Source: Myxococcota bacterium (lineage in GTDB: Bacteria > Myxococcota > JACRCW01). Taken from it: 49,727 nt of DNA. The notes under the pieces were generated by a model. That model ran no database searches. It had not been told where the DNA came from and saw only the letters and a list, made by a program, of their open reading frames with translations. A program made the position numbers and the translations under genes. Positions 27,027 to 36,206 of this stretch are shown one piece after another (the first letter of the stretch is position 1; each line of letters begins with the position of its first letter). Location: positions 1 through 49,727 of the forward strand of contig JBFMGU010000048.1 in the NCBI GenBank assembly GCA_040752415.1, in the 5' to 3' direction.

Positions 27027-28484
27027 ATGCGCGTGGCCCTGGTTCTCCTCCTCGTACTCGGCTGCACCACCGCTCCTCCCGACGGTGACGCCACTTCTTC
27101 CGACGCGGGCGCAACGTCCGGGACCGATGCAGGCACGGCGTCGGATACAGGCTCACGTCGAGGATTCGTGGCGCTGGTGGGTGGCGGGAGCGAGGAGGAC
27201 CCGGGCGTGCCGGATTCGTGGTCGGAGGCGGCCTACGGGTGGGTGGTGGAGCGCAGCGGCGGTGGCGACGTCATGGTGGTGGCCGCCACCGCGCAGACGG
27301 AATGGATTCCCAACTACTTCCGCACGCTGGGCGCTCGGGATGCGTTCAACGTCCTCGTCGAGAGCACCGCCGACGCCGACGATCCCGCGCTCTCCGCGCA
27401 GGTGGACGCCGTGGACGCGGTGTTCCTGAAGGGCGGCGACCAGTGGCGCTACGTCTCCAGCTGGCGCAACACCGCATTCCTCGACGCGCTCCACCGCCTC
27501 TACGCGCGGGGCGGCGTGCTCGCGGGAACCAGCGCGGGCGGGCACGTGCTCTCCGAGGTGGTCTTCGACGCACGGGAGGGCTCGCTGTATCCCGAGGACG
27601 CCATCCGCAACGCGCGCGCACACGAGGCCACGTTCACCGAGGATTTCCTGCACGTCCTCCCCGGCACGTTGATGGACAGCCACGTGGGCGAGCGCGGGCG
27701 ACTCTTCCGCATGGCCGCGTTGCTGGCGCTGCACTCGGTGGACCACCCCGACGAGGACACGGTGGTGATCGGCGTGGATGCACGCACCGCGCTGCTGGTG
27801 GAGCCCGACCTGCAGGCGCACGTGGTGGGCGAGGGAACGGTGATCCTGCTGCACCGTGATGAAGACAGCGTGGTGCACGCTCTCGACGGAGCGCCGCCGG
27901 TGGCCACGGGCCTGCGCATGGACGTGATGGCGGAGGGCGGGACGGTGGACCTGACCACGCGCGCGGTGACGCCCACCTCCAACGCAACGACGCTGCAGGT
28001 GCCCGCCAATCCGCTGTCTGCCACGCCGCTGACCCTGGATGGCGAGGCCGCCGCCACCAACACGGCGGGGAGCGCCGAGCTGGTAGGTGAGGACGGTGAT
28101 CCGGACGCGCTCTCGACGGGCGGGTTGCAGGTACGCGCGAGCACGGGCCCGCTGCAGGGGGCGGTGGTGGTGGGCAACGCGCTGGTGTCGTCGGAGCACG
28201 TGGAGAACCGCGTGGGCGGTGTGTTGTGGGCGCTGGGCCAGGGCGGCCTGGGCTACGGCGTCCTCGTCGACGGGAATGGCGGCTCCGCCGTGGTGGATGG
28301 CGCGGGGGTGCTGCGCGCGGGGAGCGGCGCACCGTCGGTGTTGGTGGTGGACGTGCGTGAGGTGACGGCGGTGGCGCCCTCGCCGCGTCCGCCGCGTCAG
28401 ACGGTGACGCTGGTGGGTGCGCGTTTGCACCTGGTGGCCGGCAGCGTGGGCTACCGCGTCACCGACGGCACAGTGGTGCGGTGA
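27027..28484 (+). CDS. Peptidase S51 (cyanophycinase-like) lipoprotein
   Basis: Lipobox VLGC; LVGGGSE, VFLKGGDQWRY, AGTSAG nucleophile motif, DSHVGERGR. Confidence 0.88.
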   Translation: MRVALVLLLVLGCTTAPPDGDATSSDAGATSGTDAGTASDTGSRRGFVALVGGGSEEDPGVPDSWSEAAYGWVVERSGGGDVMVVAATAQTEWIPNYFRTLGARDAFNVLVESTADADDPALSAQVDAVDAVFLKGGDQWRYVSSWRNTAFLDALHRLYARGGVLAGTSAGGHVLSEVVFDAREGSLYPEDAIRNARAHEATFTEDFLHVLPGTLMDSHVGERGRLFRMAALLALHSVDHPDEDTVVIGVDARTALLVEPDLQAHVVGEGTVILLHRDEDSVVHALDGAPPVATGLRMDVMAEGGTVDLTTRAVTPTSNATTLQVPANPLSATPLTLDGEAAATNTAGSAELVGEDGDPDALSTGGLQVRASTGPLQGAVVVGNALVSSEHVENRVGGVLWALGQGGLGYGVLVDGNGGSAVVDGAGVLRAGSGAPSVLVVDVREVTAVAPSPRPPRQTVTLVGARLHLVAGSVGYRVTDGTVVR

Positions 28485-28487
28485 GGG

Positions 28488-29879
28488 TCAACCGGGATTG
28501 ACACCGCTGCCGCTGGACGGCGCGCCGCCGCTGCTGGACGACGACGGCGACCCCGGGCTCCCGCTGCTCGACGCCGCATTCCCACCGGACGACGACGACG
28601 CCACCGAGCTCGCGTTGCCACCGCCGCTGCTACTGCCTACCGCCGCGGTGGAAGACACGAACCCGCCTCCGCTCGACGAGGAAGCAACCGAAGCCGTGTT
28701 TCCTCCGCCGCTGCTGGAAGCCGCGCTCGACGAGACGAAGCCCCCACCGCTGCTGGACGCGGAAGAGGAGATGCTGGCCGTGGAAGACGTGACGTCGGCG
28801 CTGGACGACGAGCTCACGAAGCCGGAGGAGCTGGTGCTGGTGAATCCCGACGAGCTGGTGCTCACGAATCCCGACGAGCTTGTGCTGGTGAATCCCGACG
28901 AGCTGGTGCTCACAAAGCCAGAGGAGCTGGTGCTGGTGAACCCCGAGGAGCTGGTGCTGGTGAATCCCGACGAGCTGGTGCTCACAAACCCTGACGAGCT
29001 GGTGGTGGTGTTGAACCCGCTCGAAGACGTGGAAGTCACGACCGCGCTGCTCGTCGAGGTGAACGAGCCGCTGCTGGTGCCATTGCCGCCGGAAGAGGAC
29101 GCCGCGCTGGATGCGGCACCGCTGCTGGAGGACCCGTCGTTGGGAATCTGGCCCAGGAAGTAGCGGGAACCCTGCCCGCCCATGCGCACCTCCGCCACGA
29201 AGTAGCGCCCCGGCGTGAAGGTCCCGCGCGAGCTGGCGAACAGGTGCAGGTCATTGCTCCCCGCGAACATGCCCAGCGACGAGACGTGCGTGTTGTTGAA
29301 CTGGATGCCGCTGCGCAGGACCACCAGGACCCACTGCGTGGCGTCGGCGGTGTCCCAGCGGCTGGCGTTGTCCGGGGTTCCGTCGGAGTAGGCGGAGTAC
29401 AGGCCCACCGAGGCCACTTCCGCGGTGCCGCTGAGGTTCAACGTGAGGCGGAAGTGTCCGTCGTTGGTTCCGTCGGAGGAGCCGTTGGGGCCCTGGCCGG
29501 TCTCGTCGGCGTCCATGCCCACCCAGGTCAGCGCGCCAAAGCTGGCGCCGCCCGAGGTGCTGGACGCCGTCGACGACGACGCGGTGGACGACGACCCCGG
29601 CTCACCGGAGCTGGACCCCGTGCCCGTGCTGCTGGTGGCTTCGCCCCCGGAGCTGGTGGAGCCGGTGCTGTCGCCGCCGGAGCTGCTCGTGTCGCTCGAC
29701 GAGGAGCTGGAGTTGTCCGCGCTGCTGGAAGACGAGAGCGCCGACGAGCTGGCCCCGCCGCTGTTGCTGGCGTTGCTGTCCGCCGTCTCGGGGCCGCTGC
29801 CCGCGTCCTCGTCACCGGTCTGGGCGCTGGTGCACGCCGCCACCAGCGACAGGAGCAATGCCCATCGGAACCTGCGCAT
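28488..29879 (-). CDS. Ser-rich lipoprotein with one ~130-aa globular domain and long repetitive Ser/Gly tail
   Basis: GGAGGTGTGA RBS; lipobox VAAC; central domain LTWVGMDAD...DGHFRLTL...WDT...LHLFAS. Confidence 0.8.
   Translation of the reverse strand: MRRFRWALLLSLVAACTSAQTGDEDAGSGPETADSNASNSGGASSSALSSSSSADNSSSSSSDTSSSGGDSTGSTSSGGEATSSTGTGSSSGEPGSSSTASSSTASSTSGGASFGALTWVGMDADETGQGPNGSSDGTNDGHFRLTLNLSGTAEVASVGLYSAYSDGTPDNASRWDTADATQWVLVVLRSGIQFNNTHVSSLGMFAGSNDLHLFASSRGTFTPGRYFVAEVRMGGQGSRYFLGQIPNDGSSSSGAASSAASSSGGNGTSSGSFTSTSSAVVTSTSSSGFNTTTSSSGFVSTSSSGFTSTSSSGFTSTSSSGFVSTSSSGFTSTSSSGFVSTSSSGFTSTSSSGFVSSSSSADVTSSTASISSSASSSGGGFVSSSAASSSGGGNTASVASSSSGGGFVSSTAAVGSSSGGGNASSVASSSSGGNAASSSGSPGSPSSSSSGGAPSSGSGVNPG
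28801..29020 (-). repeat. 24-bp tandem repeat (8-9 copies) encoding F(V/T)STSSSG
   Basis: gagctggtgctggtgaatcccgac-type unit repeated in tandem. Confidence 0.85.
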
Positions 29880-30002
29880 TCACACCTCCAGCAAGGCCAC
29901 CCGCGACCCCGAGCGGGCCCACACCATAGCGCGCCCGCCGGACCACGCCGACACCAGCGCGCATCCCACCCCGCCCTACTCCGGAAAATCGCGGCGACGG
30001 AG

Positions 30003-33000
30003 CTAGTTCACCGTGAGTGCGCCCAGGCTGGCCGGGTCGTAGGTGAGCCCGCCGTTGGAGCCGGCTCCGTCGACGTCGCAGTACGTCCAGGTCACGCCGG
30101 AATCCAGGCTGAAGCGGTAGGTGTAGTCGTAGGCGCCCGGCGCTCCCGGCACCGTGAAGGTGGCCTGGTACTCGTCGTCGTCGACACCGCAGCCCCCGCA
30201 CGAGGCGTTGTAGGTGGCGGACACGTACGTCCACGCCGTGGAGGTGGTGGGGTCGGTGCCGTCGGGGCCGTAGCCCAGCTCCACGGTGACGCCGGCGCCC
30301 TGACCCGCGCCATTGGTGACGCCTCCCTCGTAGATGCGGCCGTAGACGGTGTCGGAGGTCGCGCCGGTCAGCTTGGTCATGCTGTCGGGGAACTGCAGCT
30401 CGCAGTAGTCCACCTCACCCGCCACGTCGCGTTCATTGAGCGCGTCGCTGCACAACGTGCCACGGCAGATGTTCGACGTGCAGTCGCCGTCCACCGCGCA
30501 GGTGTCGCCCTTGGCGCAGCCGGCGCAGGTCGCGCCGCCGCAGTCGACGTCCGTCTCATCCTGGTTCTGGAACCCGTCGAAGCACGTGGGCGCGACGCAC
30601 AGGAACGTGGAGGGGTTGCAGAAGCCACTCGCGCAGTCGCCATTCACCGCGCAGCTGTCGCCGTTGACACAGTCAAAGCAGGTGGCGCCACCGCAATCCA
30701 CGTCGGTCTCATCCTGGTTCTGGTATCCGTCGAGACAGCTGGGGGTGGCGCACAGCAGCAACGGGTTGCAGTACCCGCTGGAGCAGTCACCGTCGGCCAC
30801 GCAGGTATCGCCGTTGGCGCAACCGCCGCACACCGCGCCGCCGCAGTCGACATCCGTCTCATCCTGGTTCTGGAATCCGTCGGCGCAGTTGGGCGCGGCG
30901 CACAGGAACGTGGAGGGATTGCAGAAGCCGCTGGCGCAGTCACCGTTCGCCGCGCAGGTGTCACCATTGGCGCAGTCGCCGCAGACCGCGCCGCCGCAAT
31001 CCACGTCGGTCTCGCTGCCGTTCTGGTACCCGTCCCCGCAGTTCGGCGTGGCGCAAATCAGGGTGCTGGGGTTGCAGAAGCCGCTGAGGCAGTCCCCGTT
31101 GACGACGCAGGTGTTGCCGTCGGCACAATCACCGCAAACCGCGCCGCCGCAGTCGATGGCGGTCTCATCCTGGTTCTTGAACCCGTCGACGCAGCTGGGC
31201 GTGGAACAGACCAGGAGCGGGTTGCAGTAGCCGCTGGTGCAATCCGCGTTGACCGCGCAGGTGTCGCCGTTGGCGCAGTCGCCGCAGATCGCGCCGCCGC
31301 AGTCCACGTCGGTCTCATCCTGGTTCTGGAACCCGTCGCCGCAGTTGGGCGCCGCACACTGGAACGTGGTGGGGTTGCAGAAGCCGCTCTGGCAGTCGCC
31401 GCCGACGGAGCAGGCCCCTCCGTTGGCACAGCCCGGGCACCCGCCGCCGCAGTCCACGCCGGTCTCCGTGCCGTTCTGGAAGCCGTCGTCGCAGGCGGGC
31501 GCGGCGCACAGCAGCGTGGTGGGATGGCAGAAACCGCTGGTGCAATCACCGTGGACCGCGCAGGTGTCGCCGTTGGCGCAGTCCCCACAGGTTGCACCGC
31601 CGCAGTCCACGTCGGTCTCGTCCCCGTTGTGGAACCCGTCGCCGCAGGTGGGCGCCGCGCACTGCAGCGTGGTGGTGTTGCAGAAGCCGCTCAGGCAGTC
31701 GCTGTCCAGCAGGCAGCCCTGGCCGTCCGCGCAGTCCGGGCAGGTGCCGCCGCCGCAGTCCACACCGGTCTCGCCACCGTTCTCGACGCTGTCGTCGCAC
31801 GCCGGGACCTGGCAGACGTCGTTCTGGCAGATGGCGCTGAGGCAGTCGCTGTTGGCCAGACAGGCCAGGTTGTCGCCGCAGGGCGCGCAGGTGCCGCCGC
31901 CGCAGTCCACCGCCGTCTCGTTGCCGTTCCGCACGTTGTCATCGCACGCCGGCGCGGCGCACACGTTGCCGCTGCACACGCCGGAGAGGCAGTCGCTGTT
32001 GGCCACGCAGGCGTCGTTGTCGGGACACGCCGGGCAGAAGCCGCCGCCGCAATCCACGTCGGTCTCCACGTCGTTCCGCACGTTGTCATCGCACGCGGGC
32101 GCGGCGCACACGTTGCCGCTGCACACGCCCGAGACGCAGTCGCTGTTGGCCACGCAGGCGTCGTTGTCGGCGCAGGGGCCGCAGGTGCCGCCACCGCAGT
32201 CCACGTCGGTCTCGGAGCCGTTCTGCACGTTGTCGTCACACGCGGGGACGGCGCACACGTTGCCGCTGCACACGCCGGAGAGGCAGTCGCTGTTGGCCAG
32301 GCAGGCGTCGTTGTCGGCGCAGGGCGCGCAGGTGGAGCCGCCGCAGTCCACGTCGGTCTCGGCGCCGTTCTGCACGTTGTCGTCGCACGCGGGGGCCGCG
32401 CAGACGTTGCCGCTGCACACGCTGGAGAGGCAGTCGCCGGGGAGCAGGCAGTCCAGGCCGTCGGCGCAGGGACCGCAGGTGCCACCGCCGCAGTCCACGT
32501 CGGTCTCGGTGCCGTTGAGGGTGTTGTCGCCGCAGGTGGCGGGGAGGCAGACGTTGCCCTGGCACACGCCGCTGCCGCAGTCCGCGCCAACGTTGCACTC
32601 CACGCAGGTGCCGGTGGCGGAGCACATCAGCCCGCCGTTGTCGTCGCACGGGAAGCCCGCGGACTGGTTGCCGCTGGTGGTGGAGCCACCGCTGCATCCC
32701 TCGACGGTGCAGTCGTTGTTGTCGTTGGGCTGGTCGGTGTCGTCGGGGTCGCTGCGCTGGCCGCCGCTGCCGTCACACACCACCACGCGACAATCCCCCG
32801 GCGTCTGCCCCGCCACCTGCGTGCCGTCCGGCTGGTAGCTCATGCCGCACTGGCCGCTCACGCAGGTGCGCGCCTGGCACTCGTCGTCGTTGCCCGGGCA
32901 GTCCGCGGGAGCCAGGCAGCCCACGCAGGCGCCACTGCCGTCGCACAACAGGTCGCCGTTGACGCCGCACGCGGTGCCGGCCTGCACGTCGGTGTAGACC

Positions 33001-34298
33001 TCGGTGCCATTGTTGCAGGTGTCGTCGGTGCAGTCGTTGTTGTCGTTGGGAAGGTCGGTGTCGTCCGCCGCCACGCGCGTGCCGCCGCTGCCGTCGCACA
33101 CCGTGACCTGGCAGTCGCCCGAGGTCTGGGTGGCCACCGCGACGCCGTCGCCCACGAAGCTGGTGCCACACACGCCGTTGTTGCACGTGGGCGCCATGCA
33201 CTCGGTGAGCTGGCCGGGGCAGTCGGAGTCCTGCAGGCACTCCACGCATGCGCCGGTGGCGTCGCACACGCCGGTGCCGTTGCAGCTGAAACCCTCCCCC
33301 AGCAGGGTGTGGCTGGGGCTGCCGTTGCTGCAGGCGTCGGCGGTACAGTCGTCGTTGTCATCCTCCACGTCGGTGTCGTCGTTGGCCAGGGTGGTGCCAC
33401 CGTTGCCGTCGCACACGTCGCGCTGGCAGTCGCCGGGGGTGGCGTCGGTGATGGGCGTGTTGGCCGCCACGTTGCTGACGCCGCACACGCCGTCGGTGCA
33501 GGTGCGGGCGGCGCACTCGCTGTCCTGGCCCGGGCAGTCGGCGGGGACGGTGCACTCCGGGCCCTCTCCCACGAAGCCCTGGCTGAAGTGGGTGACCTGG
33601 GCGGTGATGACGTTGCCGTTCACCGTGCCGCCCAGGCTGTCAAAGCCGGACTGGCCGTTGGGCTTGGACCAGTAGATCACCGGGCGCGTGCCGCCGACGG
33701 TGATGGGCAGGCTGACGGACACCGGCGTGCTGAACTGCAGCCCGGCGGGGGCGAACACGTACAGCGGCGAGAGCGCGGTGAACTCCGGGGGCGCGGCCTG
33801 GGTGCTGGAGGTGACGGTGATGGAGACGGTGTTGCTCAGTGCGCCGGCGGGCACGCTGAGCGTGGCGCCGTCCACCTGCACCGTGCCGCCTGCCGCGGTG
33901 GTGACCTGCTGGGTGGTGCTGGCGCCGGTGCCGGTGGGGTTGACGTGGATGCCGGAGCTGCTGCCGGAGCTGCTGGTGGAGGAGCTGGCGCTGCTGGAGG
34001 AGCTGCTTCCCGACGAGGTGGAGGACGCACTGCCCGAGCTGCTCGAGGAAGACGAGGAGCTGGAGGACGACGAGCTGCTGGACGAGGACGACGAGCTGGA
34101 CGAGCTCGACGACGCGGAGCTGGAGGAGGAGCTGCTGGAGCTGCTTCCCGACGAGCTGCCCGAGGGCTCCACCCCACCGTCCACCTCCAGCGGCGGGTTG
34201 TCGGCCAGCGCCGGGACCAGCAGCTCACAGCCCATGCTGCCCGCGGCCAGGAGCCACAGGACAGTGGAACGGGCAACGGAAGAACGATTCCGAGTCAT
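30003..34298 (-). CDS. Giant Cys-rich lipoprotein: poly-Ser stalk, ZU5-like domain, 14 ETxVDCGG repeats, C-terminal beta domain
   Basis: Start ATG 34298 (AGGAG RBS), lipobox SMGC; GGTV...LSVPAGAL...FAPAGLQFSTPV...THFS (ZU5-like); CxDxxxNxxETDVDCGGxxCxxC repeats; terminal CELQFP...VYGRIYEGGVT domain. Confidence 0.88.
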   Translation of the reverse strand: MTRNRSSVARSTVLWLLAAGSMGCELLVPALADNPPLEVDGGVEPSGSSSGSSSSSSSSSSASSSSSSSSSSSSSSSSSSSSSSSSSSGSASSTSSGSSSSSSASSSTSSSGSSSGIHVNPTGTGASTTQQVTTAAGGTVQVDGATLSVPAGALSNTVSITVTSSTQAAPPEFTALSPLYVFAPAGLQFSTPVSVSLPITVGGTRPVIYWSKPNGQSGFDSLGGTVNGNVITAQVTHFSQGFVGEGPECTVPADCPGQDSECAARTCTDGVCGVSNVAANTPITDATPGDCQRDVCDGNGGTTLANDDTDVEDDNDDCTADACSNGSPSHTLLGEGFSCNGTGVCDATGACVECLQDSDCPGQLTECMAPTCNNGVCGTSFVGDGVAVATQTSGDCQVTVCDGSGGTRVAADDTDLPNDNNDCTDDTCNNGTEVYTDVQAGTACGVNGDLLCDGSGACVGCLAPADCPGNDDECQARTCVSGQCGMSYQPDGTQVAGQTPGDCRVVVCDGSGGQRSDPDDTDQPNDNNDCTVEGCSGGSTTSGNQSAGFPCDDNGGLMCSATGTCVECNVGADCGSGVCQGNVCLPATCGDNTLNGTETDVDCGGGTCGPCADGLDCLLPGDCLSSVCSGNVCAAPACDDNVQNGAETDVDCGGSTCAPCADNDACLANSDCLSGVCSGNVCAVPACDDNVQNGSETDVDCGGGTCGPCADNDACVANSDCVSGVCSGNVCAAPACDDNVRNDVETDVDCGGGFCPACPDNDACVANSDCLSGVCSGNVCAAPACDDNVRNGNETAVDCGGGTCAPCGDNLACLANSDCLSAICQNDVCQVPACDDSVENGGETGVDCGGGTCPDCADGQGCLLDSDCLSGFCNTTTLQCAAPTCGDGFHNGDETDVDCGGATCGDCANGDTCAVHGDCTSGFCHPTTLLCAAPACDDGFQNGTETGVDCGGGCPGCANGGACSVGGDCQSGFCNPTTFQCAAPNCGDGFQNQDETDVDCGGAICGDCANGDTCAVNADCTSGYCNPLLVCSTPSCVDGFKNQDETAIDCGGAVCGDCADGNTCVVNGDCLSGFCNPSTLICATPNCGDGYQNGSETDVDCGGAVCGDCANGDTCAANGDCASGFCNPSTFLCAAPNCADGFQNQDETDVDCGGAVCGGCANGDTCVADGDCSSGYCNPLLLCATPSCLDGYQNQDETDVDCGGATCFDCVNGDSCAVNGDCASGFCNPSTFLCVAPTCFDGFQNQDETDVDCGGATCAGCAKGDTCAVDGDCTSNICRGTLCSDALNERDVAGEVDYCELQFPDSMTKLTGATSDTVYGRIYEGGVTNGAGQGAGVTVELGYGPDGTDPTTSTAWTYVSATYNASCGGCGVDDDEYQATFTVPGAPGAYDYTYRFSLDSGVTWTYCDVDGAGSNGGLTYDPASLGALTVN

Positions 34299-34509
34299 GA
34301 CACGGCTCCTTGCATGCACCGTCGGGCACCCGGGAGGGCGCTCAGGCAGGCTGGTAGGAAACCATGTCCCCGGTCAAGACGCGAGTTTGGAGGTTTTCGG
34401 TGACGCAACGCACCACCGCCGGTCCGTCGTGGCGGCGGGGCGCAGGATTCTCGTCGTGGACGGGAGCGGGGGCGGAGGCGGGGAGCGCACGGGGCCGGCG
34501 GGGCGCCCG

Positions 34510-34764
34510 TCAGTCCATGTACTTGCCGCAGTTGGGGCAGGACGGGGGCGTGCCGGCCAGCTCGTGCAGCGGGGGCAGGACGCCGAAGCCGGAGATGGCC
34601 AGGACGGGGAGCATGCCCAGGATGCCCAGGCCCAGCAGCGAGCTGCACACCACCATCACCGAGATGACGCCGTAGCCACCCACCAGGGCGAGCTTCCAGA
34701 TGGGACCGGGGCCCGTGGGGACCACCGTCTGGGAACACGAGGGACACGCGCGCGCGCCAGCCAT
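34510..34764 (-). CDS. Small membrane zinc-ribbon protein (CxxC - hydrophobic hairpin - CxxC)
   Basis: GGAGGAG RBS; CPSC, ~40-aa hydrophobic stretch, CPNCGK. Confidence 0.75.
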   Translation of the reverse strand: MAGARACPSCSQTVVPTGPGPIWKLALVGGYGVISVMVVCSSLLGLGILGMLPVLAISGFGVLPPLHELAGTPPSCPNCGKYMD

Positions 34765-34881
34765 GCACTCCTCCAACACCACCGGGGCAAGGCCGGTGAC
34801 GAGGCGCGGGACCCTAGACCGCCCCCGGCCCCACACTCAACGCGGCATTGGGCCGCCGGGGTGCGGTGGAACGCCGCAGGG

Positions 34882-35217
34882 TCACAGGTTGGAGTGGCGC
34901 TGCGAGGCGGCCGGGGAGCGGGCCCGGCCCACGTGCTTCTGGATGGCGCGGTCGAGCAGGTCGGTGGCCACGTCGATGGCCGCGTACATGTCGGTCCGGG
35001 TCTCGGAGACGTTCACCACCACGCCGAGCCGGGTGTAGGCGACCAGCTTGCAGGTCATGTCGTCGCCCCCCTTGGGACCGTTGACGTCGTCCAGGCGGAC
35101 CTCGATGCGCTCGAGGTAGCGGTCGTAGTGCCTGAGCACGGGGGCCAGGCGCTGCTCGATGTGGATGCGCAGTCCGTCGGTGATGGTGATGTTGTGTCCA
35201 CGGATGTCAATCCTCAT
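34882..35217 (-). CDS. hpf: Ribosome hibernation factor HPF/RaiA family (short form)
   Basis: MRIDIRGHNITITDGLRIHIEQRL...DMYAAIDVATDLLDRAIQKH. Confidence 0.88.
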   Translation of the reverse strand: MRIDIRGHNITITDGLRIHIEQRLAPVLRHYDRYLERIEVRLDDVNGPKGGDDMTCKLVAYTRLGVVVNVSETRTDMYAAIDVATDLLDRAIQKHVGRARSPAASQRHSNL

Positions 35218-35339
35218 GACACCTCTCCGGCATGGGGTCGGGCCGCGGGAGCCGCGGGTGTGACGACGGGAAGGCCCGTCCCCACGGTTCTAACGACCCT
35301 CCCCGGGGATGCACCGGTGGCGACGTCCGCGTCCGGGTC

Positions 35340-36206
35340 TCAGCCGGCCTGCGCGGCGAGCCAGGTGGTGATCTCCCGGGCCACCCGCTCCGGCTGCTCG
35401 ACGTGGACGTGGTGCCCCACCTCCTCGAGCTGCACCACGGTCAGGCGGCGCAGGGCGTGGTAGCGCGCGGGGGAGGTCTCACGGGCGGGGACGTAGCCGT
35501 GGGCGGCGCGCACCAGGAGCACGGGGACGGTGATGGCGGAGAGGAAGGCGAGCATGGCCTCGTCGGAGAAGCGCAGGGGGGCGTTGCCCTGCACCGCGGG
35601 GTCGAACTTCCAGCGCCAGCCGCCGGGCACCGCGGACAGGGCGTGGGCGGCCATGCGCTCGGCGCCGGGGCGGGACAGGCCGGGGTTGGTCTGCTGCAGG
35701 CGGGAGATGGCGGATTCCACGTCGGGGACGAGCTTGGGAGCACGCAGGTGGGCGCGGTGCTTGAGGGCCTCTCCCAGACGCAGCGGCGCCTCCGCGCCTC
35801 CCTCCGCGGGCGGGCCCAGGGTCTCCAGGAGCACCAGCGGCCCCACCCGCTCCGGCAGCGCGCCGGCCAGGAGCACCGCGGCGTTGCCGCCCATGGAGTG
35901 CCCAATCACGACGGGCGTGGTGAGCTCCAGCGCCCGGATCAGCGCGTCCAGGTCCTTGACGTGATCCAGCAGGTGGTAGGAGCCGCCGGGGCCCACGCGG
36001 TCGGAGTCGCCGTGGCCGCGCCAGTCCACGGTGAGCACGCGCCACGTTGGGGGGAGCGCGTTGGCCAGCGCCTCCAGGCTGCCCCGCTGGTCCAGGTAGC
36101 CGTGCAGCATCACCACGGTGGGCGCGCCGGCGGGATTGCGCTCGGTGACGGCGAGGTGCAGCCCGCCGGCCACGTCCACGCGCAGGGTGCGGTGGGGGGT
36201 GCTCAT
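35340..36206 (-). CDS. Alpha/beta hydrolase
   Basis: LHGYLD, DWRGHGDS, GHSMGG, GHHVHVEQP. Confidence 0.93.
   Translation of the reverse strand: MSTPHRTLRVDVAGGLHLAVTERNPAGAPTVVMLHGYLDQRGSLEALANALPPTWRVLTVDWRGHGDSDRVGPGGSYHLLDHVKDLDALIRALELTTPVVIGHSMGGNAAVLLAGALPERVGPLVLLETLGPPAEGGAEAPLRLGEALKHRAHLRAPKLVPDVESAISRLQQTNPGLSRPGAERMAAHALSAVPGGWRWKFDPAVQGNAPLRFSDEAMLAFLSAITVPVLLVRAAHGYVPARETSPARYHALRRLTVVQLEEVGHHVHVEQPERVAREITTWLAAQAG

Noticed and set aside
29244..34403. 1719-aa plus-strand ORF (and similarly 5522-8926, 14907-17921, 43178-46555 on +, 46548-49382 on -)
   Set aside because: Antisense shadows of real high-GC genes; stop-free because of codon bias, with no recognisable motifs
33688..35463. 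Leu/Glu/Asp-rich plus-strand ORFs (also 4680-5165, 8640-9002, 28417-29163)
   Set aside because: Reverse-complement reading of poly-Ser codons in the minus-strand lipoproteins
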